Source of the DNA: the human T2T-CHM13v2.0 reference genome, Homo sapiens
Direction: 5' to 3' (one strand)
NCBI RefSeq assembly: GCF_009914755.1
Contig: NC_060935.1
DNA: 64,000 nt
The notes beneath the pieces are model-generated. The model saw only the letters and a program-made list of their open reading frames with translations, did no database searches and was not told the DNA's origin. A program made the position numbers and the translations under genes. Below are positions 11,641 to 24,280 of this stretch, piece after piece; the stretch's first letter is position 1; each line of letters begins with the position of its first letter.

Positions 11641-12284
11641 CCCTGGGGCACCTGTGGGGTGCAGGCGGTGAGCAGAAGCAGGGATTGCTCTGAGTGTGGT
11701 CTGACTGGAATAGCCCCTGAGAGGCATGGATTCGGTTAGTTTAGCTCTGGTTCCTGACAGAGTGAAAGGGAGGCCCATCCTGGAAGATGCCCCGTAGGCC
11801 AGACGAGAGGACTAGCTGATTCAGACTCAGCATGGCCCTGCCCAGCCCTGGGACAGGACCACCTTTCTCCCTAGAGATGAGGAACATGCTGGTGAATTCC
11901 TCTCACTCCCTTTTTACTTCCAAGGAACTTTAGATAAATCTACTAAAAGTAAAAGGAAAAAAGTCTCCCCTCATGATATTGGGGATCTGTCTGCCTCTCC
12001 ATGCTTCAAACTGTCCTTCTGCCTCTCTGCTCCCTCCTCCTCTATTCCCCTCATGGCTGCCAGCAGTCTTCTCTACCTCTCACTATGACCATGTGCTCTC
12101 TAGTCCCCAGCTAGAGACCTCCTCTATCCAGAAGCTGCCTCACTTCCCCCTTGTGTCTCCAAACCCTCTTCCCCATACTTGTCCAACTGCCCATTCTCTC
12201 TCCCCAGGTCTTCTCAACTCAGCTCCCTACACTTAGAATGTACCAAGCACTTCACCAGTGTACGCTCCAATCTTTATAACCCTC

Positions 12285-12655
12285 TGATATGGTTTAGCTG
12301 TGTCCCCACCCAAATATCGCCTTGAATTGTAGCTCCCATAATCCCCACATGTCAAGGGTGAGACCAGATAGAGATAACTGAATCATGGGGGGCAGTTTCT
12401 GCCATGCTGTTCTCATGATAGTGAGTCTCATGAGATCTGACGGCTTTATAAGCGGAGCTTTCCCTCTTTCACTCAGCACTTCTCCTTCCTGCCATCGTGT
12501 GAAGACAGACATGTTTGCTTCCCTTTCCATCCTGATTGTAAGTTTCTTGAGGCCTCCCTAGCCATGCTGAGCTGTGAGTCAATTAAGCCTCTTTCCTTTC
12601 TAAATTACCCAGTCTCGGGCAGTTCTTTATAGCAGTGTGAGAACAGACTAATACA
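12285..12655 (+). mobile_element. THE1D-like MaLR solo LTR
   Basis: TGATATGG...ACTAATACA termini; 5-bp TSD CCCTC on both sides; inserted into an antisense MIR. Confidence 0.92.
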
Positions 12656-13347
12656 CCCTCCTATTCAGTGTATCATTAGCCTTTGTTTACAGAGGGGTAA
12701 ACAGGCTCAGTGATGTTCCCTGACTTGTCCACAGCCACACAGCTGCATTAGTTCAGCCTCAAGCCCCATCTCCCCCTCTAAGGCTTCCTGGCCCCTGCGT
12801 GTCCTCTTAGCTTCAGGCTTCATAATCATCTGAGGATCCTGATTTTGCATGTGATGGTACCATGTGTTTTGCCCCATTCAAAGCTCCTGACAGTCAAGGT
12901 CCATGTTGTGCACTCCTCTCTAGTTTCTACACCCCCAGTGCAGGGCAGTGCATCAGACCACCTGGAAATGTTTAATTGACAGGAAACTCACAGCTGGGGT
13001 GAACCTGTCTGGGCACCTAAGCTTCCCACTAACTGAGCCAAGGAATTCCATTTCCCTTAAGGATCAGTCACTCCTACTACTGGGAATGGGACCACTCCCA
13101 CCCCACTCCAGATACCCCCACCCACCTCTCAGCACTGTTGCATAAGCTCCAATCAGGCAGAGGCCTCCACTACATATGTTGTCCAACCCACAAGCAACAC
13201 AACCCCAGGACAGCCTTGAGAGTGACACACTCTGCCCCCTATTAATGCTGAAAACCCTGGCCTCCCCTGGTCCCCAGATGCCCCACTGTCAAAGCTAAAT
13301 CGATACTCCCTTTTTTCTCTGCTAGAACATCTCAGTAATCCTAATTG

Positions 13348-13361
13348 GTCACCATGGCAAC
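13348..13361. promoter_or_regulatory. RFX X-box motif
   Basis: GTCACCATGGCAAC, a close match to the palindromic consensus GTTNCCATGGNAAC. Confidence 0.55.
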
Positions 13362-14002
13362 CCCAGCTGCAGCTCCTCGTGGCCTCAATGAAGAGACAGA
13401 AGGATGAGAGGGGGTGAGATGGAGGTTAAGCCTACTTATTGTATAATGCTCTGCCTTTGATATCACCTACATCCACATGCTAAGTACCTGGAAAGAAACA
13501 AAATCCCGTGTAAATTAGAATGATACCATCCAATCCCCTGCTTATACCCTCACTAGCAGCAGCCGATAAGGCCATTGTCTGCAGCCACTGGGCCTGACCT
13601 CCTCTGTCTTGGCGGCTGATGGGGTTTCGGTGGTGGGTCACATTCATCAGGGAGGATGGGCTGGGCTGTGAATCTCGAAGGGCAAGGTGGCTGTGCGGTG
13701 GCTGCTGCCTGCAACACCCCACCTCCAGGAGGGCCTCCAAGGGAAGCAGCAAGGCAGGAAGAGCCCTGCATGGAGCTTTGCCCTGTGTCTCCTCCTTGGC
13801 GGAACCATGGGGCTGGTACACCATGTTCTCGGCAGATGAGTCACTCTGCACTTAGCTGAGGCACCCTCAATGCTTCATTCCTGCAGTAGACTCAGGAAGG
13901 AAGTCTCTCCATCTCTCACACACAGAGTACCTGCCAGAAAATTTATCTTCTCATTCAGCCAACTCAGAAAACTCTCTACTCTCTTCATTATTCAAAGGCT
14001 TC

Positions 14003-14425
14003 TGTATTCATCAGGGTTCTCCAGACAAACAGAACCAATAGGATCTACATAGATATACAGAATGAGATTTATTATTAGGGCTTGGTTCATGTGGTTATGG
14101 AAGCTGAGAAGTCCCACGATCTGCCCACGATCTGCCATTGGCAAACTCAGGAAAGCCAGTGGTGTCATTCTGGTCCAAACCTGAAGGTCTGAGAACTGGG
14201 GGGCTTATGGTATATTCACCCTTTCTCCACTTTTTTGCTTTTCAGGCTCCCAGTGGATTAAGTGGTACCCACCCACATCAGTAGAGCAATCTTCTTTACT
14301 CAACCTGCCAATTCAAATGCTAATCTCTTCCAGAAACACTCTTACAGACACCCTCAGAAATGTTTTACCAGCCACCTGGGCATCCCCTAGCTCAGTCAAG
14401 TTAACCCATGAAATTAACCATCACA
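14003..14425 (-). mobile_element. MLT2 (ERVL) solo LTR
   Basis: 'tgtattcatcagggttctccagacaaacagaaccaatagg' ... 'aaattaaccatcaca'; TSD GCTTC/GCTCC. Confidence 0.88.
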
Positions 14426-14985
14426 GCTCCCTCCTCCCTTCCCCTCAGTGCCGCTGCCTGCATGGGCTGGGTCTTTGTGCTGTGACCATCCTTCTATCAC
14501 CAGGGGGGATGTTGGCCCTGTAGTTGCTGCCTACATGTGCAATGACCTCAGACCCCCAGCTCTGCCCCTACATTGTATTCTCAGAGCCAGACTTCCTCCC
14601 CATCCCAGGAGAAGTGGGTCTGAGCTTTCTCTCCCGATTCACTACCCTGCTGATGCTCCACATGCCCCACATGGAACTTCTAACCTGTGTCCCACTTGCT
14701 GCAACAGAGGACCCCTGGGCTCCCATCCTGCCCTGGCTGAAGCCAGAGTCTAATCAGCCTTTCTGTACAGGGTAGGAACCAGCTGCCCCAGACCCATTTG
14801 AGTGAAGCTTTAATCCTACCCTGTGGCCCTCAGAGAGTTTGCTTTACTAGGAGCTCCTCTAAATTCCTCTATGGCCCATTTGGGTACTCTGCCCTTCAGA
14901 AAAGGAAGGCCCATGTTTAACATTTCACTTTTCTGAATGTTAAACAGAATGTGAGAGAGCCTTGTCCATTTGGGCTCTGTCTCCC

Positions 14986-15344
14986 TTTTTTTTTTTTTTT
15001 TTTTTGAGACAGTCCTACTCTGTCACTCCAGCTAGAATGCAGTGGCATGACCTCAACTCACTGCAGTCTTTACCTCCCCGGCTCAAGCAATGCTCCCACC
15101 TCCTAAATAGCTGGGAATACAGGTGCACGCCATTGCACCTGGCTAATTTTTGTAATTTTTTGGTATGGTCTTTGTTTGGTTGGTTGGTTTTTGTTTGCTT
15201 GCTTGCTTGCTTGTTTTTTTTTTTTGGAGAGATGGGGTTTCACCATGTTGCCTAGGCTTGTCACGAACTCCTGGGCTCAAGCGATCCACCCACCCCAGCC
15301 TCCCAAAGTACTGGGTTTACAGACATAAGCCACCATACCTGGCC
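14986..15344 (-). mobile_element. AluJ with microsatellite-expanded middle linker
   Basis: Dimer; (TTGG)n(TTGC)n in the linker; TSD approximately TGTCTCCC. Confidence 0.92.
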
Positions 15345-15696
15345 TTTGTCTCCCACTTTCATAATTCATCCTCCTTCAGCTCACACAGCACCATACCAGT
15401 GGTCATCCATTTCTGAACTTTTGTCAACACCCAAGGCTTTCTCTGCTTCCTGCCCATTTGCTCTCTCAACCTTCCATCTTATAACCATTAGAGGGCACTT
15501 TACCATGTACCAGGCACAGTTAGGAATACAGAGAATCAGAGAGGTATTCCTATTTTCTCAACCAAAAAGGATCTGAGAGTTTACATCTATCCATGTCCAG
15601 TCTGTAGAAGAAAAACTTTACGCTTAGGTGTGCCTGGGAATAAAGAGGCAAAACAGCACAAGAATGGGTGGGAAGAACTACAACTTTAGAATCACA

Positions 15697-16011
<315 letters not shown>

Positions 16012-17394
16012 TAGAATCACACAGATCTTGTTCTGAAATCTTGGGCAAATTACTCAACATCTCTGAACCTCATTTTTATGAAGATTATTGTGTGCAGTGA
16101 ATGTGATATGATGTTGCCTGGAAGAAGGCTTTGTAAATGATAAAATGTGGTACAAATGTCAAGAACTGTCATCCTAGTGATCCCGATGATATGGGATTGA
16201 GGTCTCTTGGCCTCAATGGGTGAGCCTCCCATTTCTCCCTCATGAATCCTGTTCTGGAAAAGGAGGAATCACTAGTCCCTACCAGGTTATGGCCCTGTGC
16301 ATTCCTGCCTTCTCCCACAAAGGTCAATCCAGGTTATCCCTGGATTAACCTGGATAAGACTAGAGAACTTAGAGATAAGGTCTTTCTTGTCACCTCTTGC
16401 CCATAAATGGGAGAGAGACCAGATCCTTTCAGCCTAAGATGTGATGATTGTCTTTTCACTTCTGTATCCCAACCCACTTGTGTGGAAACATGATACTCCC
16501 TCCCCTTGTTAGGTAATTTATATCAGCAGTGTGGATATATTTCAGGTACATATTTCAAGCCCCAATACCTCCTGTGACATAGATAAAGAAGGGATGGGCT
16601 CATGCTCATTACACCAAGGAGGAATTGTGGCAAGAAAGGTAAAGTGACTTTTCTAAGGCCACACAGCTAGTGAGTTGCAGATCTGAGTCTTCCAATTTCC
16701 AAAGGCAAAATCAGTGATGTCTTCCACTGTGCTGCAGCTGCCCACCTCCTGGAAGCCTGCTCTGTGTGCCCCACTTATCTGCTATTCTGGCAATGTAAAC
16801 ATGTGAGGAAGGCTCTTTGTTCAGAGGGCATGTTGAGTGGAATATGAGGTCAGGGTTCATCTGCATTTTTGGCTACAGAAGGCTATGGAGATAATAGGAG
16901 CCCCTTTGTGTTCAGTGGGGCTGGGTGGGAGCAAGTGGATGTCTGAAGGAGATTACAAGCAGTTCTAGATATTGCTTGTCATGCTACCATCAGCAGACGC
17001 CTTTTCCAATTGACTAGTTGCTTGTATTTCCAGAATAGGGAATGCCAGATGTATTTACTGCAGTGAAGGAGAGTGCTGAAGGCCCTTGGAAAGATATCCA
17101 GCTGTTGAGTATCTGCGGAGAGCAGGATAGTTTAACCCCTCATGGCCTAGTAATCAGAATTCCTGGGGAGCCAAGGACAGAAAAGGCAGCACACGCCAAA
17201 CGAATGACTTGAGATTTGAAAGTCCTTTCTAAAGCTGCTTGTTTGAAATGCAATACTCACATTCCTGTGTAAACAATGCTGCTAGGACTAACATTTATTG
17301 AGTCCTGCGATATGCTTGATGGAATCAAGATACACCCTCTGTATTTATTATTATTATTATTACAACCTCACCTGATTACAACCTCACCATGTAG

Positions 17395-17812
17395 AAGTGG
17401 CAGACACTGGTTTGCTGTTCACCAAGTCAGTAACCTTTTCCTCTTAGGTACACAGTCATTTCTCAGCCTTCCTAATATTAGGTGCATCCATGTGAGCATG
17501 GAAGATAGATGGGAATCATATGTACCACCTCCTAATGTAGCCCGTAAAAATGCCTACTGCTCAATCCTTCATGCCCTCTCTCCTCCATCTGCCTGCCCGA
17601 TGCAGAGGCTCTAGTTGAAGGCTCCCAAGCTCCAGAAAATTACATCCACTAAATAGAAGGATACAGGGTCCCTGAGTGCCTGCATAGAGCCAGGCCAGAC
17701 CCCTCTACTGACCTGCATTGGACTGTGACATGAGTAAGAAATAAAATTTTATTGTGTTAAGCCACTGAGATTTGCTGGGTTTTGTTACTGAAGTTCCCCT
17801 ATTTTAACAAAC
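17395..17812 (+). mobile_element. MLT1 (J-like) MaLR LTR
   Basis: 3' hallmark 'gagtaagaaataaaattttattgtgttaagccactgagatttg'; splits an antisense MIR. Confidence 0.75.
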
Positions 17813-17819
17813 GTATTAA

Positions 17820-17980
17820 GTATCAGTACATATCAACTGCCCCATTTTACAAGTGAGGAAACTGAGGCTCAGTGAGGTAGCAGGACATGCCCAAGGTTAC
17901 ATAGCAAGTAAGAGGTAGAGCCAAGATTCAAACTCAGGTATGTCTGACTCCAAAGCCAGTAATTTTTCCGTGCTGCCTAC
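17820..17980 (-). mobile_element. MIR
   Basis: 'cccattttacaagtgaggaaactgaggctcagtgagg...gccaagattcaaactcagg'. Confidence 0.85.
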
Positions 17981-18525
17981 CAAAATTGGTTGCTAGCTTT
18001 CTAAGCCAGTGACAAAAATCTATTTGATCAATAAAATACCCCATGCATTTTTCAACTACCCTTAGCCATTGCTCATAGTGGTTTCTATAGGACAATGATT
18101 GAGATTCCACAACTGACTTTGAGAACATCTCACTACCACTGCCTCACCCCCAGCGGTTTTGCACCACATTTCCAGACCCAAGTAAAAGAAGATGCTTCTG
18201 TAGATGTGGAGGCTTCTTGGTCAGTTGCTCCCTAAGGACTCCGAATTGGGATAAAAAAGCAGTTTTCTCCATGGGAATGGGGAACTCCACACTCAGACAT
18301 CCCTGCGCATCCCATGTTTCCCTTGCTAGGTCAAATTGTTTGTAGGTTGAGAGTTTGCTTGTGACCTAGCACAAGCAGGTCAGTTCTGGGTATTAGTGTG
18401 TATCTATATTGATCCTATAAGCATTGTAACCACTGTGTCTGAGCCTGAAATTCAAATCCATGGTCTGACCAGTTGAGGTGCACTTATGATAACAATGGGA
18501 AAGATTACTTAAAATTGCCAATGAC

Positions 18526-18958
<433 letters not shown>

Positions 18959-19690
18959 TCAATGTTCCAGTCCATGGAAGGGAGGAAGGTAGAAGAGGCA
19001 GCATTCCTGCCCTCCAAAAGATAAGGTGACTAGGGAGACCAAGCTGAAACACAGGAACTGAAACTCTAGAAGGTCTTCACTACCACACCCAGTGGAAAAA
19101 CTCTCCAGCCAGTCAATCTTAATTTGCATGCGTTCACATGTGGGACACAGATCTTACTGTCCTTTTCAGGATCTGCTTCAAGCTCCCAAATAAATCCAGT
19201 TGCATGTAAGTCAATGGTATGGGGTTTACTGAACATTTGGTAAAGAAGATGAAGATTTGCTTTACGTGCCCCATCGGACTCCTCTTTTAACATTTCCCTA
19301 GTTCTCTCTCTTTTTAGCCCGAGTCCCCTCTATTCCTTGTCCCCTCTTGGGACTACTCCTTCCTAACTATCCACATATTCCCTGGGAGTTTCTCACTCCC
19401 TTATCCAATGTTGCTTCCAAATCTCTCACTGCTGCTTTATTATGCAGAAGAACATGGCTCTTTGCCAGATCCTGTCTTCAAATTTTCGCATCCCAAACTG
19501 CCCCCTCCCCAGTCCCCACACAACAAACACTATCAAGTCCTTAGCAAAAAAGTGGTTCCTAGTTATCAAAGCTCATTCTAGGGAAAAGGGTGGGTATGTT
19601 ATAAATAATCTGCTCTAAAACATTTCTATTATTCTGCTTATGAAAATTCACCCTGCAGAAATCTTACCCCCGAGTTCTCGGGCAGGGGAG

Positions 19691-19711
19691 TCTGCTGTCC
19701 ATGGTGCTGAC
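19691..19711 (-). promoter_or_regulatory. REST/NRSF RE1 (NRSE) silencer element
   Basis: Minus strand reads GTCAGCACCATGGACAGCAGA; the core TCAGCACCAYGGACAGC matches canonical RE1 with correct half-site spacing. Confidence 0.85.
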
Positions 19712-20521
19712 CTGGGAAGCTATGGCTTCATCGTTTTTCTACTCCCCATTCAGCCAGGAAATTGGATCACTTTGCTCTACTCTGAGACCCCACTCCACTC
19801 ATCTTTAAAATAGGATTATTAATACTACTTACCTCATGCAAAGCACTTAGCATCATACCTGGCACAAAGAGCTCAATATGTGGTAGTATTTATTATTATG
19901 CTATTATTCTACAGGTCCCAGGACCTGTCCCACATCTCCTTTTTATTCACTGCCGCTTCCCAGACACATTCTTTCCTCTCAAATTCATTGCTAAATGTAC
20001 TTGAATAAATGATGCCACGCATCTTCCTCCCCACATTTTGCTTTAAAATTGATCATGTGTTCCAGGAGGGATTTTTGTTGTTGTTTGTCTGTTTTTTTGT
20101 CTTTTGTTTTTTTGTTTTGTTTTGTTTTTTGCTATAATATTGAAAGGGAAACAGGAGTTAACAAAACAACTAGCAGGGGGATGTTGCAACCTAGAAACAA
20201 GCTTAAATGTCTGCCATAACTGGATTCACTGGTTAAAATATAAGTGAAATTAACCCCAAAATTTTTTCAGCTTTGATTTTGTTCCTTCATTGATTCATCT
20301 CTTGGCTCCCTATTTTTAAAAAAATTATGGGCCTTGAAAGTATCTGCTGTCAAGATTTTCTGTGATTGCCTCTCTCATAGTACATCTCACGCTCTGCCGA
20401 AACTGTCTGCTAATAAACATTTTATACTTACCTTTGTGTCCTCAACAACTTACAGAATGCCAGGCACATTGTTTGGAACTGAGTGGAAAAATAAATTAGT
20501 GAACAAAAGAACAAATTAAAT

Positions 20522-21042
20522 TGGGTGGGTTGCAATTTTTACCTCAATCTTTCACCCCCTCTCTGTATCCACACACCTTTCTCCATGTGTCTCTGCAATT
20601 CTTCCCACTGAAGGAGTGGAGTATATTCTTCCTCCCCTTGACTTTGGGTTTACTACACTGAAGGAGTGGAGTATATTCTTCCTCCCCTTGACTTTGGGTT
20701 TACTATGTGAGTTTCTTTGGGCATATAATGAAGCAGAAGTGACAGCGTCCCAGCTCTAAGCCTAAGAGGCATTGACCCTCTGGCTTCATTATGCAAAGAA
20801 TACACCCTGGACTGACCATGATCCTAAAAGGAGGATGAGAGTCACATGAGCAGAGCCATCCCAGCTACTTGCAGATCTGAAATGAGAAGCAAAGCCAACC
20901 AGCTGAACCCAATCTAGGTGGGCTGTGTCTCAGCTGAACTTCAGAACCTTGAGTGATAATAAATAGTTATTGTTTTAAGCCACTGAATCTGAGAGTTGAT
21001 TTGCTACACAGCATTATTTTCACAATAGCTAACCATATACAT
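20522..21042 (+). mobile_element. MLT1 (G/H-like) MaLR LTR
   Basis: 'aataaatagttattgttttaagccactgaatctgagagttgatttgctacacagcatt...aatagctaaccataca'-type end. Confidence 0.75.
20606..20705. repeat. Perfect 50-bp tandem duplication
   Basis: 20606-20655 is identical to 20656-20705. Confidence 0.97.
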
Positions 21043-21699
21043 AGATAAAAACACACAGGGATTTTTTTTTTTAATCAGAAGACATGGTTTATGAAAGTCA
21101 GTATCTCTCTCTGTGCCTTAATTTCTCCCACATATTAAAGTTCAGATAAAAATATCTGGGCCACCTAGTTCAAAAAGGTCATTATTAGTCTCAACTGAAA
21201 TAATGATAGGAAAGCACAGCAGTGAATTAACCAGCAGCACAGAGATAACAGGGTATTATTATTAGGGACTGGTATTCATAAGTCTCTCCACCATCCTGGT
21301 ACACCCACAGTCCCTTGCCACGGACCATGTACACTCAATTGAAATGAGACACCAGATAGCAAAGGATGCTTATTTTGGTCCACAAAAATACTGGTAGAAT
21401 TAATTCACTTCCAAGAGAGAATTTAAAACTGACTTGTTCATATTTGACCAGGAAATTCAACTGAATTCCTTTATTTTCTTAATACAAAGCTCCCCCTCTA
21501 CTCCACCCAATGCTTGCTTAATGCACTCTACAACATCTCCATCAAGAGTCTCCCAGACTCCACTTAAACCCTCTAGTCAAAGGAAACTCAGCTGTAAAGC
21601 AGCCTGTTTTCCATTTTGGACAGCTCTGACTCTGAGAAAGCTCTTGCTTATCTTCCCTAACCCCCAGACTAGGTCGGTTTCCCTAGTTGCCAGCTTCTC

Positions 21700-21925
21700 A
21701 TAGCACTCTATCCTTTTCCTTCAGAGGATGTATTATAGATTACAATTTAGAAGCTATTTGTGGAATAAGTTGTCGAATGTCAGTCCCCTACACCACACTG
21801 TGAACATCATAAGAGCAGAGGTTGCACCCTTCACCCTTTTTGTTCACTATTGTATCTTCAGCACATAGTATACTAGTAAATGAATAAGTATTCAATAAAT
21901 ATGTATTGACTGGATAGATGAACAA
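21700..21925 (+). mobile_element. L2 3' end
   Basis: 'tgttcactattgtatcttcagcacatag...tattcaataaatatgtattgactgg'. Confidence 0.7.
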
Positions 21926-22194
21926 CTTATTTTTAACAGTCTTATATAGCACTTAACAAAGATTATCTCCCTTAACAATAAATAAAAGAACAGAGGACAG
22001 CATTTGTCTTTCTGAACTTTCGCTCTCCCAAATGATACTGATTCTATCTCTTGGGGAGGGTCCCACTGAGCAAGTCTCCTCCCTGGACCATCTCCTCATA
22101 TTTGTTACTAGAACTAACTCCTGGGAGATTTCTGATTGAAGGAGTTAAAGGATGGAGAGATAAAGGACGGAGAGTGAAGAATTTATAATTTATA

Positions 22195-23105
22195 CAACTA
22201 TTATTTATTGAGCACATGTTATATAGCAAACACATTTGTAGATATTGAGAATACAGCCGGAGGTGTAAGAGACACCCAAAAAAATCCCTTTATTTACGGA
22301 GTTTATGCTGTCACAGGAGAATAGAGATAACAAGCAAAATATATAGTGCATCAGAGAGGAATAAATGCATTGGAGAAAAATAAAGCAGGAAGAGAGAATG
22401 AGGAACCTGAAAGGAAGGTTGCTATTTTAAATAGGGTGGTCAGGGCAGGACTTTTTGAAATGACATTTTCACATAGACCTGAAGATGGTGAGACAGTGAG
22501 CCATGCAGGTATTTGCAGGGGAAGAATGATCCCCGCAGAAAACGTAGCAAATGGAAAAGTCCTGATTAGGAAGCATGTCCGGCAGAATATTGAGAAGTGT
22601 GGAGGCCAGCATGCCTAAGTCAGGGAGAGCAAGAGACAGCAGTAAAGAGAGAGTCAGATAGTCGGGGGAGCCTTGTAGTCATTGGAAGGACTTTGATTCT
22701 TACTCTGAATAAAATTTAGAGCACACACACACGCACACACACACACACACAAACACACACCTAAATGTTTTTGAGCAGTGTAGAGACGAGGACCAATCAC
22801 CTGGCTGGCAGGGTGAGTCTAGACGGCAGAAGGGCAAGGGCAGAGCAGATCAGCAAGAAAGACATGGCAATAATCTGAGAGATGAGAGCCAGGTGTGGTG
22901 GCATGTGCCTGCGGTCTCTGCTACTAAGAAGGCTGAGGCAGGAGGATCGCTTGAGCCTGGGAGTTTGAGGCTACAATAAGCTAGGATCACACCACTGCGC
23001 TTCAGCCCGGGCAACAGACCAAGACCTTGTCTCTTAAAAATGTCAATAATAATAATAATTTTAAAAAATAATCTGAGAGAAGGTGATAGTTTGGCCTAGG
23101 ATTGG
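22195..23105 (-). mobile_element. L2 fragment containing a (CA)n and an Alu monomer
   Basis: 'atttattgagcacatg', 'aatagggtggtcagggcagg', 'ggaaggactttgattcttactctga'. Confidence 0.75.
22883..23066 (+). mobile_element. Alu right-arm monomer (FRAM or 5'-truncated AluJ)
   Basis: Right arm only; TSD AATAATCTGAGAGA at 22869-22882 and 23067-23080. Confidence 0.85.
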
Positions 23106-23372
23106 AGTTTATTATATTATATATTAGGGATATCTCTGTGTCCCCAGAATCTATCACCTGGAGGACACTGGGTGAATGCCGAATGAAAGAATGCTTCGAT
23201 AGATGGATAACAGAAAAATGCTTCGGTCTTAGGGTCAAAACAACTGGATTTGGTCTCAGTATTCCACGGTTAAGTAGTGCCTATGTCCCTGGAATGTGTT
23301 TTCTGTAGAAGCCTGTCTTCACTCTAAGGACAAGAATGAAAGTTATTAAAGCATGTGTAAGAGTGGCTGGCT

Positions 23373-23666
23373 CAGCCAGACGCAAGAGACCACATCTTGT
23401 ATGATTCCATTTATATGAAATGTCCAGGAAAGGCAAATCCATAGAGACAGAAAGTAGATTAGTGGTTGCCAGGGGCTAGGGGGAGAGAGGAATGAGACAT
23501 GACTGCTAATGGGTACAAAGTTGCTTTTTGGGGTGTTGACAACGTTCTGGAATCAGACAGTGGGGACAGTTGCACAACTTTGTGACTGCTAAAAACCACT
23601 GAACTGCACACTCTAAAAGGGTGCATTTTATAATATGTAAACTATATCTTAATTTAAAAAAAAAAA
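23373..23666 (+). mobile_element. L1MB-type 3' UTR end
   Basis: 'tatgattccatttatatgaaatgtccagg...gagacagaaagtagattagtggttgccagggg', ending in an A tail. Confidence 0.85.
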
Positions 23667-23674
23667 TCGTAAGT

Positions 23675-24280
23675 GACAAACTCTCACAGCCAAGAGGAAC
23701 CTAAGAAGAAAGACAGGCCAGGGCATGGTGGCTCATGCCTGTAATCCCAGCACTTTGCGAGGCTGAGGCAGGCAAATCACTTGAGGTCAGGAGTTCGAGA
23801 CCAGCCTGGCCAACACAGTGAAACCCCATCTCTACTAAAAATACAAAAGTTAGCCAGGTGTGGTGGTGGGCGCCTGTAATCCCAGTTACTCAGGAGGCTG
23901 AGGTAGGAGAATCACTTGAACCTGGGAGGCAGAGGTTGCAGTGAGCCAAGATCGCCCCACTGCATCCAGCCTGGGCACCAGCGAAAGACACTGTCTCAAA
24001 AAACAAAAGGAGACGAGATAACTAAATGTCATGTGCTATCCTGGACAGAAAATGGAGGTTGGGTAAAAACTAAGGAAATCTGAGTAAAGTATGGACTTTA
24101 GTTAATAATAATGTGTCAACATTAGTTCATTAATTATGACAAACCTACCCTACTCTGGTAGGAGGTTAACCACAGAGGAACCTGGAGATGGGGATATGTG
24201 GGGACTCTCTGTACTATCCTCACAATGTTTTGTAAAACTAAAGCTATTTTAAAATTAAAAGTTTCTTAAACAAAAAAAAG
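23675..24280 (+). mobile_element. L1MC/MD-type 3' UTR interrupted by Alu
   Basis: 'aactaaatgtcatgtgctatcctggacagaaa...aaaactaaggaaatctgagtaaagtatggactttagttaataat...gactctctgtactatc'. Confidence 0.8.
23716..24008 (+). mobile_element. AluS (Sx/Sz-like)
   Basis: Full dimer. Confidence 0.95.

Noticed and set aside
20606-20705. CRISPR-like array from the tandem repeats
   Set aside because: Two units with no spacers in eukaryotic DNA
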